Below, in pieces: positions 41,457 through 51,681 of a stretch of DNA of 64,000 nt. Position numbers and translations under genes: made by a program. The stretch's first letter is position 1. Each line of letters starts with the position of its first letter. The notes beneath the pieces were generated by a model, which did not search any database, was not told the origin of the DNA, and saw nothing but the letters and a program-made list of their open reading frames with translations. Source of the stretch: an uncultured delta proteobacterium (lineage in GTDB: Bacteria; Desulfobacterota; Zymogenia; Zymogenales; Zymogenaceae); assembly GCA_963735595.1 (NCBI GenBank), contig CAVTLK010000005.1, forward strand, positions 576,001 through 640,000, written 5' to 3'.

Positions 41457-42432
41457 ATGCCAGAAACCACTACGCACGCCGCCAAGGAGATCTCCTGGGA
41501 TAGAAAGGACCTCCTGGATATCAAGAGCCTGTCCAGCGAAGAGATCGAGCTGATCCTTAACACCGCCGAATCCTTCAAAGAGATCTCCGAGCGGGATATC
41601 AAAAAGGTCCCGACACTCAGGGGTAAAACCGTCATCACCCTTTTTTATGAAGCCAGCACCCGCACGCGCGTCTCTTTCGAGATCGCGGGAAAGCGCCTCT
41701 CGGCCGATACCGTAAATATCTCAACCTCCACGTCGAGCGTCCAGAAAGGGGAAACCCTGATAGACATGGCCAAGAACCTCGAGGCGATGGCGCCGGACGC
41801 CATTATTATGCGCCACAATGTCCCGGGAGCGCCCTATATCCTCGCCTCCCGGCTGTGCGTCCTCGATCATCAACGCGGGCGACGGCGCCCACGAGCACCC
41901 CACCCAGGCCCTGCTGGATGCCTTTACCATTCGAGAGAAGAAGGGGAAATTCAAGAAGCTCAGGGTCTCACTGATCGGCGATATCGCCCACAGCCGCGTG
42001 GCGCGTTCGAATATTTATTGCCTGACCAAACTCGGGGCTGAGGTCACCGTCTCCGGGCCGGGCACGATGCTGCCGCGGGAAGTCGAGCGGCTCGGGGTAA
42101 GGGTAGCCTCCACCATCAGGGAGGCGGTGCGGGACGCCGACGTGGTCATGATGCTTCGCATACAGAAAGAGCGGATGGGTAAGGTGCTCTTCCCCTCGGT
42201 CCGTGACTATTCCCGATTTTTCGGATTGACTACCGACATCATGCGAGAGGCGCGTGATGACGCCATCGTCATGCACCCCGGGCCGATTAACCGGGGAGTC
42301 GAGATAAGCTCGGAGGTGGCCGACGGCCCCTATTCGGTCATACTGGACCAGGTGACAAACGGCGTTGCCGTGCGCATGGCAATACTGTACCTGCTGTTGG
42401 GCAGAGGAGGCGGTTATGAAGATGCTCATTGA
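41457..42432 (+). CDS. pyrB: Aspartate carbamoyltransferase, frameshift near 41855
   Basis: [33 protein letters not shown]. Confidence 0.93.
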
Positions 42433-43702
42433 GGGTGGGACGGTAATCGATCCTGAGGCGGGATTCGAGGGGCCGGCCGATATCATCGTCGAAGACGGCA
42501 GGATCGCCGGAATCGTTAAGCCCGGCGCCGGCCCTGCGGAAACGGAAATTATCAACGCAAAGGGTTGTATCGTCTGCCCGGGATTCGTGGACATCCATAC
42601 CCATCTCAGGGAGCCGGGCTACGAGTATAAGGAGACCATAGCCAGCGGCAGCCGCGCCGCGGCGGCAGGCGGTGTCACCTCGATGGCCTGCATGGCAAAT
42701 ACTAACCCCGTCAACGACAACGGCTCTGTTACCGAGTTTATCCTGAAGCAGGCGCGTGCCGACGCGGTAGTCAGGGTCTATCCCATCGGCGCGGTGACCA
42801 AGGGCCAGAAAGGGGAGACCCTTGCCGAGATCGGCGACATGCGGGAAGCGGGTGCGGTGGCGCTGTCCGACGACGGGAGCGTCATTGCGAATTCCGATTT
42901 GATGCGGCGCGGACTTGAATACGCCAAGACGTTCGGCCTGTGCGTGGTTACCCATTCTGAGGATTTGAGCCTCGTGGGCGAGGGCGTGATGAACGAGGGA
43001 TTCGTGTCCACGGAGCTGGGACTGCCGGCCTCGCCCCATGAGGCCGAAGAGATCATGATATTCCGGGACGTTACCCTGGCCGCGCTGACCGGCGCCCGCC
43101 TGCATGTCGCCCACGTGACGACGGCCGGCGGCGTTGCAATCATCCGCGAGGCCAAAAGACGGGGGGTTTCCGTAACCGCCGAGACCTGCCCCCACTACGT
43201 TACGCTCACCGACGACGCGGTTCGGACGTTTGACACCAACACGAAGGTCAACCCGCCCCTCAGGACCCGGGAAGACGTCGAGGCCGTCATCGAGGGGCTG
43301 GCCGACGGCACGATCGACGCCATTGCCTCCGACCACGCGCCCCACGTGAACGATGACAAGGAAGTGGAGTTCATCTACGCCAAGAGCGGGATGATCGGAC
43401 TGGAGACGCTGCTGCCGCTGTCCCTCGGGCTGGTCGAGCAAAAAAGGCTCTCCGTGGGCGGGCTTATCCGGGCCCTTACTGTGGCGCCGGCCGGAATCAT
43501 CGGGATTAAGGCGGGAACGCTTAAGGCGGGGGCGGTAGCAGACGTAACGGTCTTTGACCCCAACGAACAGTGGGTCTATGATGTCTCGAAGTCGTATTCC
43601 AAGAGCAGAAATACCCCTTTTGCGGACAAAACGATGCGGGGCCGGGTGAAGCTCACGATCGTCGGGGGGAAGGTGGTGTACCGTGATGGGCAGATTATAT
43701 AA
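42416..43702 (+). CDS. pyrC: Dihydroorotase
   Basis: [30 protein letters not shown]. Confidence 0.95.
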   Translation: MKMLIEGGTVIDPEAGFEGPADIIVEDGRIAGIVKPGAGPAETEIINAKGCIVCPGFVDIHTHLREPGYEYKETIASGSRAAAAGGVTSMACMANTNPVNDNGSVTEFILKQARADAVVRVYPIGAVTKGQKGETLAEIGDMREAGAVALSDDGSVIANSDLMRRGLEYAKTFGLCVVTHSEDLSLVGEGVMNEGFVSTELGLPASPHEAEEIMIFRDVTLAALTGARLHVAHVTTAGGVAIIREAKRRGVSVTAETCPHYVTLTDDAVRTFDTNTKVNPPLRTREDVEAVIEGLADGTIDAIASDHAPHVNDDKEVEFIYAKSGMIGLETLLPLSLGLVEQKRLSVGGLIRALTVAPAGIIGIKAGTLKAGAVADVTVFDPNEQWVYDVSKSYSKSRNTPFADKTMRGRVKLTIVGGKVVYRDGQII

Positions 43703-45184
43703 GGTTCCACGATTCGCGGCGCTGCTGATTGCGCTCCTGCCGCTTTCGTGCGCGAGCGCCGTCGATTACCAGGCGCGTTTCGAGGGATTCGAATCGAGCC
43801 GGTCGCTCATGGATGACTGGTACGGCGTCTATTTCGCGGACCGGAAGGTCGGGTGGGAACACATCGAGATCACCGGGGGCAGTATCGACGGCACCGACGT
43901 CATCCGTATCAGGGACGTCGGAAACGTCGTGTTCATCATAGAGGATGAGAATAATCCTGAAACATATATCAGCTCCGGTGAAGTGTTCCTTACCGATGAC
44001 GGCCGTCTCCTCGGTTTTAAGTATGATCAGTCGCAGAAAACCCACAAACTATCGATCGTCGGCGAAGCGAAAGAAGGGGTCGTCTATATCGATATCACGT
44101 CCGGCGGGACAACCCAAAGGGTCAAGTTCGATGAGTCTGCCCGAATCTATCCGGCCACGGCTCTGTCCTATTTCTCGCTGATCGAGGATATCTCCACCGG
44201 CAAGACCTATACCTACAGGGTCTTTTTAGAGGGCCTCAGGCTCACCGAAGACATCACCATCCGGATACTGGACCAGGAAGAAGTAACTGTCAACGGCCAA
44301 ACGGAGACCGCCTACCGCGTTGAAGGGACCATCCGCGGCTATACGTTCACTTCGTTTATGCGAGCCGACGGCACCGTCATCAAGCAGGTCACGATGGATA
44401 ACTTCGTGATGCTGCGTGAGACCAAAGAGCAGGCGATGCGGATGGACCCGGGTCCGGCCTGTCGATGTATGCTATCATCGACTACACGCAGATTACCCCC
44501 GACCGGCCGATTGCCGATCCGGCGGGCCTATCGGCCCTGACGGTCAGGATCACGGGCATCCCCGCGGGAATCACCCCCCTCGGAAGCGACATGCAGACCG
44601 TTTCCGGCCCGGACGAGGCGGGGGGGTATACCTATACGATTGCGCGCGCGGAACTGTCGGGTCTCTTGATCCCGGCGTATGGGGCCTTTCCGACGGAGAC
44701 GCAAGAGTACCTGACGCCGACGCTCGAGGTAGAAAGCTCCAGCCGGGAAATGACGGATACCGTCCGAAAGATCGTCGGTAAGCCCGGCGACCCCCTCTCT
44801 GACGCCAGGAAGATCACCGCGTGGGTATACAAGAATATTAATAAGCGGATGGTCGATACTACGTCCGCCCTAGACACCCTCAATTCTCTTGAGGGTGAGT
44901 GCCAGGCGCACGCGAACCTTGAGGCCGCGCTCCTTCGGGCGGCCGGGATACCGGCCAAGGTCGTATCGGGGATCGTCTATTCGGCCGATATCGGAGGATT
45001 CGCCTACCACTCGTGGAATGAGGTTTATCTGGGCTCCTGGGTCGGGGTGGACGCCTCCTTTGGCCAGTTCCCCGCGGACGTTACCCATATAAAATTCTCG
45101 GAGGGCGGCCCGGAGTCGATCATCGATACGATACCGCTGGTGGGGGCGATCGGGCTCCACGTGGTCGAGGAACGCCGGGACTGA
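43686..45184 (+). CDS. Transglutaminase-like domain lipoprotein, frameshift near 44460
   Basis: Lipobox PLSC; catalytic triad GECQAHA / YHSWNEV / VD. Confidence 0.8.
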
Positions 45185-45213
45185 TTCTTACCGGAGACAG
45201 TGGACAAAAAACC

Positions 45214-46620
45214 ATGGCAGAGGAAATAAAAAAGAAGGCGGTAAAGATACTCGTCGTCGATGACGAGATCAATATGCGCAATCTCTTTTCCATCATGCTC
45301 GCCAAAGAGGGTTATGATGTAGATACGGCCGAAGACGGCGCGGCGGCAGTCTCCCTGCTTGACACGAAGATATACGACCTGGTCATCACCGATATCATGA
45401 TGCCCAGGATGAAGGGCACCCAGCTCCTGAAAAAGGTAAAGGAGGTGCACCCGGAGACGGTCGTGATCATGATTACCGCCTACGCCTCCACGGAGAGCGC
45501 CGTCGAGGCGATGAAGGAGGGGGCGTATGACTACATCACCAAACCGTTCAATGTCGAAGAGATCAAGGTGATTATCCGCAAGGCGCTCGAACGGGGTAAG
45601 CTCGAACGGGAGAACCTTTTCCTCAAACGGGAGCTGGACAAAGGACACAGTTTTGAGAACATTATCGGGCTGTCGCCGGTAATGCAGAAGGTCTTTGACC
45701 TGGTGGAGCGGGTCTCCCAGACCAAGACTAATATCCTTGTCTCCGGCGAGTCGGGGACGGGAAAGGAATTGGTCGCCCGCGCAATACATAACAAGAGCCA
45801 GCGAAAGAACCGCCCCTTCGTCGTAATAAACTGCGGCGGTATCCCCGAGAACCTCCTGGAGAGCGATCTCTTCGGGCACGTGAAGGGGTCATTTACGGGG
45901 GCGATATCGCACAAGGAAGGCCTCTTTGAGGTCGCCGATACGGGCACGCTCTTCCTGGATGAGGTGGGCGAACTAACCGCGCCCATCCAGGTTAAGCTGC
46001 TGCGGGCAATACAGGAGAGGACCTTTAAGCGGGTCGGAGGGACCGAGGATATCTCGGTGGATGTCAGGATTATCGCCGCCACCAATAAGGACCTCGAGCA
46101 GGAGGTGATCACAGGGAAGTTCCGGGAAGACCTGTACTGGCGGCTTAAGGTCATCGAGGTGAAGCTTCCTCCGCTGCGTGAACGGAAGGAAGATATCGTG
46201 CTGCTGGCGGAGCATTTCCTGATGAAGTTTGCGGCCGAGCAGGGCAAGGAGATAAAGAAGATATCGTCCTACGCGCTGGAGGTGCTCAAAGACTATGCCT
46301 TTCCCGGAAACGTGCGGGAACTGGAAAACATCATCGAGCGCTCGGTGGCGCTTGAGCATTCCAATATTGTGCTGCCGGAGAGCCTGGCGCTATCGGTATA
46401 TAAGTGGAACGGGGCGGTAGACCGGAAGGAGAAGGCCGCCGATATTCTTACCAAGGGATTTTCGATGGAACGCTATATCGAAGACCTGGAAAAGGAGCTC
46501 ATCAGCGAAGCGCTTGCGCGATGCGGCGGCAGGAAGAAAGACGCCGCGGGGATCCTGGGCATCAGCTACTGGGTGCTGCTGCGCAAAATAGAAAAGTACG
46601 GGCTGGGCACGGGGCATTGA
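45214..46620 (+). CDS. pilR: sigma54-dependent response regulator, PilR-like
   Basis: REC domain, GESGTGKE, GSFTGA, FLDEV, FPGNVREL, Fis-type HTH; directly upstream of a sigma54-driven pilin gene. Confidence 0.82.
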   Translation: MAEEIKKKAVKILVVDDEINMRNLFSIMLAKEGYDVDTAEDGAAAVSLLDTKIYDLVITDIMMPRMKGTQLLKKVKEVHPETVVIMITAYASTESAVEAMKEGAYDYITKPFNVEEIKVIIRKALERGKLERENLFLKRELDKGHSFENIIGLSPVMQKVFDLVERVSQTKTNILVSGESGTGKELVARAIHNKSQRKNRPFVVINCGGIPENLLESDLFGHVKGSFTGAISHKEGLFEVADTGTLFLDEVGELTAPIQVKLLRAIQERTFKRVGGTEDISVDVRIIAATNKDLEQEVITGKFREDLYWRLKVIEVKLPPLRERKEDIVLLAEHFLMKFAAEQGKEIKKISSYALEVLKDYAFPGNVRELENIIERSVALEHSNIVLPESLALSVYKWNGAVDRKEKAADILTKGFSMERYIEDLEKELISEALARCGGRKKDAAGILGISYWVLLRKIEKYGLGTGH

Positions 46621-46805
46621 CGGCCGGCCATTGACCGCGAATACGCCGGCAATTGCCGCAATTGCCGTTTCGCAATAGATTTTTGTAAATGCGCAATTTG
46701 AGCACCGCGGCCGACCGTGCCGTCAAGGGGCGGTTTGGGGAAATTTTTTTATGTAATGAATCCGGTGTGTTACGAGCAGGTAAATGGAACATGGGGAAAT
46801 CAGAT

Positions 46806-46821
46806 TGGCATTGATATTGCA
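46806..46821 (+). promoter_or_regulatory. sigma54 (-24/-12) promoter of pilA
   Basis: TGGCATTGATATTGCA: GG-N10-GC. Confidence 0.85.
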
Positions 46822-46865
46822 GTTATAACTCAGTGCATGACTTTAAAAAGAAAGGAGGTGTCTTC

Positions 46866-47345
46866 ATGCTAAACAAGATGCGTAACAGAAAGGGTTTTAC
46901 CCTCATCGAGTTGATGATTGTTGTGGCTATTATCGCGATCTTGGCGGCCATTGCCATCCCTAACTTCCTCAAGTTCCAGGCCAAGTCCAAGCAGTCCGAA
47001 GCCAGGACGCTGTTGACCGGTGTGTACGAGGCGGAAATGGGCTACTTCGCAACGGAGAATACGTTCTCGGGCGATGCGGAATTGATCGGCTTTGAGCCGG
47101 CGTCCGTCCCCAAGTACTACATCAACCCGGCGGATGCGGGCTGGATTACCGCGAATGCGATTTACCACTTCACCTCGACGACCTCGGCCAACATCGACCG
47201 GGACAACTTCAGGGATGGATGGGTCGAGACCGATGACTCCCGCGAGCCTCAGAACATTCTCCCCTCGACTATGGACCGTGACGCTGGTGCCGATCCCGGC
47301 ACGCAGGTTACCGGTGATACCGGCGACGACGTCTCGCAGGATTGA
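46866..47345 (+). CDS. pilA: Type IVa major pilin
   Basis: KG|FTLIELMIVVAIIAILAAIAIPNF; strong SD AGGAGGT; own terminator. Confidence 0.93.
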   Translation: MLNKMRNRKGFTLIELMIVVAIIAILAAIAIPNFLKFQAKSKQSEARTLLTGVYEAEMGYFATENTFSGDAELIGFEPASVPKYYINPADAGWITANAIYHFTSTTSANIDRDNFRDGWVETDDSREPQNILPSTMDRDAGADPGTQVTGDTGDDVSQD

Positions 47346-47381
47346 TGCTGATCACGTAGCTTTTTTCCTATCGGAAAATCT

Positions 47382-47414
47382 AAGGCAGAGTTTGAAAAAC
47401 TCTGCCTTTTTTTT
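47382..47414 (+). terminator. Intrinsic terminator after pilA
   Basis: AAGGCAGAGTTT-GAA-AAACTCTGCCTT followed by a T tract. Confidence 0.88.
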
Positions 47415-47436
47415 AATTTTATGATATATATAACCC

Positions 47437-49593
47437 ATGAAGATTATCCCGCTCCTGAAACGAAACGCCTCCCGCTATCTTCCGTGGCTTGTCTTCTCGG
47501 CCTCTTTTTTCGTCTACCTCGTCACGCTGTGCCCAACCTTCTACTGGCGCGATTCCGCGGAATTTGTTGACGCCGCCTTTGCGCTCGGGGTGGCGCACCC
47601 GGCGGGGTTCCCGACCTACCTGCCGCTGGCCAATCTCATGACCTACCTTCCCTTTGGGCCGATTGCCTTCAAGATAAACCTGCTGTCGGCCTTGATGGGC
47701 GCGGGCGCGTCGGTCGCCCTTTATTTCCTGACCCTCCGCCTTATCCGTTCCCTCGGGGGAGAGCAGAACGGCCGCGCCCTTTTCTTCTCGTCGGCGACGG
47801 CGCTGGCGTTTGCCTTCTCCTTTTCGTTATGGGAGAGCTCCGTATCGGCCGAGGTCTACGCCGGTATAGCAATGGTGTCGGCGCTTCTGCTGTTATGGTC
47901 GATTATCTGGGCCGAGACGGCCGATATACGGTTCCTGTTTGCGGGATCGTTTCTCCTGGGGCTTGCCGCGGGGCTGCACGCCACCGCCGCCTTCTTTGCC
48001 CCGGCGCTGGTGTTGTTCGTTATCCTCCACTACAAGGGAAGGCTCAAGCCCGCCGATCCGGTCATGATTCTATTCTTCTTTATCGTGGGATTTTCGATCT
48101 ATATATACCTTCCCTTTCGGTCGGCGGCCGGTCCCCACATAGACTGGGGAAACGCGAAAACCTTAGACGGCTTTCTTGTCCAGATCCTCGACAAGAAGGA
48201 TACGGCGTATCACTTCGCGGTATCCCGGGGCGGATTATTTGAAAAGATCGGCATATTCTTTTACATACTTATTCGGGAGCTGACCCCCGTCTGGCCGCTC
48301 GCAGCGCTCTATGGGTTTTACCTCGTTTTCAGAAAGAACTGGCGGCTGTTTTCTCTTCTTACCCTCTTCGGCGCGGTGCACATCGCCTTCTTTGTCTGGT
48401 ATTGGAGCGTCGGGACGATATATATGCCGTTCTACGCGGCGGTCATGGCGGCGGGCGGAGCGGGGCTCTTTTTCCTGTACGAGCGGCTGTCTGCAATCGG
48501 CGCTCGAGGGGTAAACGCGGCGCGGATTCTGGCCGTCATCGCGGCGGGCCTGGTCTGCTTCAATCTCCTGTTCAACTTCAGCAAGCTAAACAAATCCGAC
48601 TATTATGCGGCGGAGGATTTCACCAACTCCGATTTCTACCGGTTCGACTACGGCGCCATGGTCGTGACAAACCTCCTCTGGCCGAACTTCTTCTGCCTCC
48701 AGGACGTGGAGCGGCTCCGTGAGGACCTGGTAATTATAGCGGTCGGCGATATCATCCAGCCCGACTATTTCAATCGCTTTACCGCGGAAAAATTTCCGGA
48801 CCTGATCGTTCCGGAAATGCACCTGGACAGGAGCACCGGTTTGACCTTCCTCAAGAACCTGATATTCCTCAATTATCGGCAACGTCCGGTATATATCGGG
48901 CCCGATGAGGATATCGTCATGAAACTCACCTATCGGCTGCTGCCGGAGGTCCTCTTCTTCAAGCTGGTCACTGAGGAGGAGGCCAAGGCGCCGCCGGACC
49001 GGTATTATGAAGAATACGTTGAGCGGATCGATCATTTTACCAAGCGACAGATAGAGACGATGGGTGACGATTTTTTCACCGACCAGGTCTTTGCCGATTA
49101 CTACCGGGTCGTTTTTAACACGCTTTCCTCGTTTTTCATTCACCGGAAATTGTGGGACGTGGAACTGGAGGTGTTACAATACTCGGCGCTTTTCAACTCT
49201 CTAACGGCCAAACAGATGGTCGATACCGGGATCGCGCTAATGAATCTCGGAGAGTTTGCCGATGCCGAGGGTGCGTTCAAGAAGGCCCTCGCGATAGAGC
49301 CGACCGACAGGCGGGGGCATGTTCAACTCGGACGTCTCTACCTCCTGAAGAAACAGTACGAAGATGCGCAGAAGGAATTCGAGACGGCGCTCCGGCTGGG
49401 CGACAAGTTCTCCGCCTACTACGGCATGGGCATGATAGCCTATGACCGGGGGGATACGGCGGAAGCCCAAAGGCTCCTGAAGAAGGCAATGGAATCGGCA
49501 AACTCGAAGACCCCTGAACCGGAAAAGGAGGCGGTCCGCACGATCCTCTACGAACTTGCGGACACCGCCGGCGCCCCCTCAGACGACCTATGA
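47437..49593 (+). CDS. DUF2723 / TMEM260-like multi-TM GT-C glycosyltransferase with C-terminal TPRs
   Basis: TLCPT...DSAEF...LGVAHPAGFPTY, SAEVY, YIYLPFRS, DWGN; about 11-13 TM segments; TPR-like helices at the C-terminus. Confidence 0.82.
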   Translation: MKIIPLLKRNASRYLPWLVFSASFFVYLVTLCPTFYWRDSAEFVDAAFALGVAHPAGFPTYLPLANLMTYLPFGPIAFKINLLSALMGAGASVALYFLTLRLIRSLGGEQNGRALFFSSATALAFAFSFSLWESSVSAEVYAGIAMVSALLLLWSIIWAETADIRFLFAGSFLLGLAAGLHATAAFFAPALVLFVILHYKGRLKPADPVMILFFFIVGFSIYIYLPFRSAAGPHIDWGNAKTLDGFLVQILDKKDTAYHFAVSRGGLFEKIGIFFYILIRELTPVWPLAALYGFYLVFRKNWRLFSLLTLFGAVHIAFFVWYWSVGTIYMPFYAAVMAAGGAGLFFLYERLSAIGARGVNAARILAVIAAGLVCFNLLFNFSKLNKSDYYAAEDFTNSDFYRFDYGAMVVTNLLWPNFFCLQDVERLREDLVIIAVGDIIQPDYFNRFTAEKFPDLIVPEMHLDRSTGLTFLKNLIFLNYRQRPVYIGPDEDIVMKLTYRLLPEVLFFKLVTEEEAKAPPDRYYEEYVERIDHFTKRQIETMGDDFFTDQVFADYYRVVFNTLSSFFIHRKLWDVELEVLQYSALFNSLTAKQMVDTGIALMNLGEFADAEGAFKKALAIEPTDRRGHVQLGRLYLLKKQYEDAQKEFETALRLGDKFSAYYGMGMIAYDRGDTAEAQRLLKKAMESANSKTPEPEKEAVRTILYELADTAGAPSDDL

Positions 49594-49689
49594 GCGCGTC
49601 CTTTGCGGCTAACCGGGGAAGGCCGCAGGTTGATGCCGCTCACGGGGCGGCAAGGTGACGGTAAGGGATAATCCCGAGAGATACCAATT

Positions 49690-50640
49690 ATGCGAAAAAA
49701 GAAGAGGCTGTGCGTAGTCATTCCGGCGTATAACGTCGGCCCGCTGGTGGTTCGGGTGCTGGACGGGCTTCCCGATTTCATTGACCGGGCGGTCGTCGTG
49801 GACGACGCGAGCACCGACGATACCGCGCGCCGGGTCTCCGAATACCGGGGACGCTTCGCGGGGGAGGTGTCCCTCATCACGCTGCCGAAGAACTCGGGGG
49901 TCGGCGCGGCTATCGCCCGGGGGTACCGGGATGCCCTGGAACAGGGAGAGGACGTGGCGATTGTCATGGCCGGTGATAACCAGATGGACCCCGGTGATCT
50001 CCCGGCGATCATCGACCCGGTGGCAAGCGGCCACTGTGACTATACCAAGGGGAATCGGCTCTTCATGGGCGGGGCCTGGAAGATGATCCCCAAGGTCAGA
50101 TACCTCGGCAATTCCTTCCTGTCGCTGTTGACCAAGGTCGCATCGGGGTACTGGCACGTGGCCGACTCCCAATCCGGATATACCGCGATCAACCGGGAGA
50201 CGCTGGCCAAGATCGACCTTGACGACATCTACCCCCGCTACGGGATGCCCAACGATCTACTCATCAAGCTCAACATCGTCGGCGCGCGGGTCAGAGACGT
50301 GCCGGTCAAACCCGTCTATAACGTGGGGGAAAAATCGGGGATCAGGCTCTACAAGGTAATTCCCACGATTACCTGGCTCTTGATTGAGGGCTTCTTTACA
50401 CGGATGACCAGGAAGTATATCATCTTCGATTTTCATCCGCTGGTCTTCTTCTACGTCATGGGCCTGGTTTTGGCCCCCGTCGGCGGGATATTCGGGTTAT
50501 ACCTCTTTGTCTTGAGGGTCCTCGGGCACGGGGTGGCCGTTACGAGCGCGCTGTTCGCGGCCTTCCTGTTCATCTCGGGGCTCCAGTCTCTCTTCTTTGC
50601 CATGTGGTTCGATATGGAGTATAATAAAAACCTCAAATAG
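49690..50640 (+). CDS. GT2 polyprenol-phosphate sugar synthase-like (DPM1/GtrB type) with two C-terminal TM helices
   Basis: VIPAYN, VDDASTD, NSGVGAA, AGDNQMDP, KGNR, DSQSGY. Confidence 0.85.
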   Translation: MRKKKRLCVVIPAYNVGPLVVRVLDGLPDFIDRAVVVDDASTDDTARRVSEYRGRFAGEVSLITLPKNSGVGAAIARGYRDALEQGEDVAIVMAGDNQMDPGDLPAIIDPVASGHCDYTKGNRLFMGGAWKMIPKVRYLGNSFLSLLTKVASGYWHVADSQSGYTAINRETLAKIDLDDIYPRYGMPNDLLIKLNIVGARVRDVPVKPVYNVGEKSGIRLYKVIPTITWLLIEGFFTRMTRKYIIFDFHPLVFFYVMGLVLAPVGGIFGLYLFVLRVLGHGVAVTSALFAAFLFISGLQSLFFAMWFDMEYNKNLK

Positions 50641-51648
50641 TTACGTATATTGCAAGGCGATCGGGAAAAGAGCTGCGGCGCGGCGCCGGCCGGCAGATCT
50701 TTGATAGTTAGATGGACCCTCCTATGAATAAAACCCGGTATCAACTCGGATTCTCGGAACAACACGCCGACGAGATGTACGATGAAAAAAAGCGAAGAAT
50801 AAAGGGTAAGAAGACGCTTTCGGTGCTCAGTGACGTCCTATCAAAAGAAGGCAAAAATCCCGCGGCTCTGAACCTGCTGGACATAGGCTGTTCCACCGGG
50901 TTTATGACGAAATTATACGCCCGGCAATTTAAAAAAGTGACGGGAATTGACATTGACAAGGACGCGGTTCTTTTCGCCGGCGCGCGTAATCGCCCCATAA
51001 ATACCCGCTATGTAGTATCCGATTGCCTCCAGACCGGTTTTTCCCCCGAGTCTTTTGATATAGTAACGTGCACCCAGATCTACGAGCACGTTCCGGATGC
51101 ACGGCAATTGATGAGGGAGATACGCCGGGTCCTCAAGACGGGCGGTATCTGTTACTTTGCCGCGGGCAATCGACTCAACCTCGTTGAAGGGCACTATGGC
51201 CTGCCCCTGCTATCGGTTATGCCAAAGACGCTCGGCCATGTTTACCTGAGAATCACCGGAAAGGGAAAATACTATTACGAGAGGCATTTGACTCTGATGG
51301 GGCTCAGGAGGCTGGTAAGGGATTTTGAGATAATTGACTACACGAAGAAAATTGTCGATGAACCGGCCCGTTATAGCGCCACCGATATGCTTATCCCCGG
51401 AACCGTAACGCATCGAATTGCCCGCATTGCAATCAGGGCGGCCTATTTTCTCTGCCCGACATACATATGGGTTTTAAGGAAGAGAATTCCGTAAAAGGCC
51501 TCCCACGTGCGTCGTGGAGCCGTCGGCCTATTGTGAGACGCGGCGCAGCGGTTATGAAGAGAGTGCTGTTTGCCGCCTTCCCGTTCTTCTCCGGGCTCCA
51601 GTCTCTCTTCTTTGCCATGTAGCTCGATCTGGAGTATAATAGAAACTT
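50550..51648 (+). repeat. 84-bp imperfect direct repeat (50550-50633 and 51565-51648) duplicating the 3' end of the GT2 gene
   Basis: Manual alignment gives 74/84 identity with a 28-nt perfect core; TGG>TAG in the second copy. Confidence 0.85.
50724..51494 (+). CDS. Class I SAM-dependent methyltransferase, lower GC
   Basis: LLDIGCSTG, GIDID, SFDIV, YEHV, RVLKTGG. Confidence 0.9.
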   Translation: MNKTRYQLGFSEQHADEMYDEKKRRIKGKKTLSVLSDVLSKEGKNPAALNLLDIGCSTGFMTKLYARQFKKVTGIDIDKDAVLFAGARNRPINTRYVVSDCLQTGFSPESFDIVTCTQIYEHVPDARQLMREIRRVLKTGGICYFAAGNRLNLVEGHYGLPLLSVMPKTLGHVYLRITGKGKYYYERHLTLMGLRRLVRDFEIIDYTKKIVDEPARYSATDMLIPGTVTHRIARIAIRAAYFLCPTYIWVLRKRIP

Positions 51649-51681
51649 ACGGCGATACGATATAGAAACCTGACGGCGTGA

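Noticed and set aside
41457..42432. pyrB, rmlA, rmlB and pckA as pseudogenes or programmed frameshifts
   Set aside because: Catalytic motifs are intact, there is no consistent slippery site, and such breaks are widespread; sequencing error is more likely.
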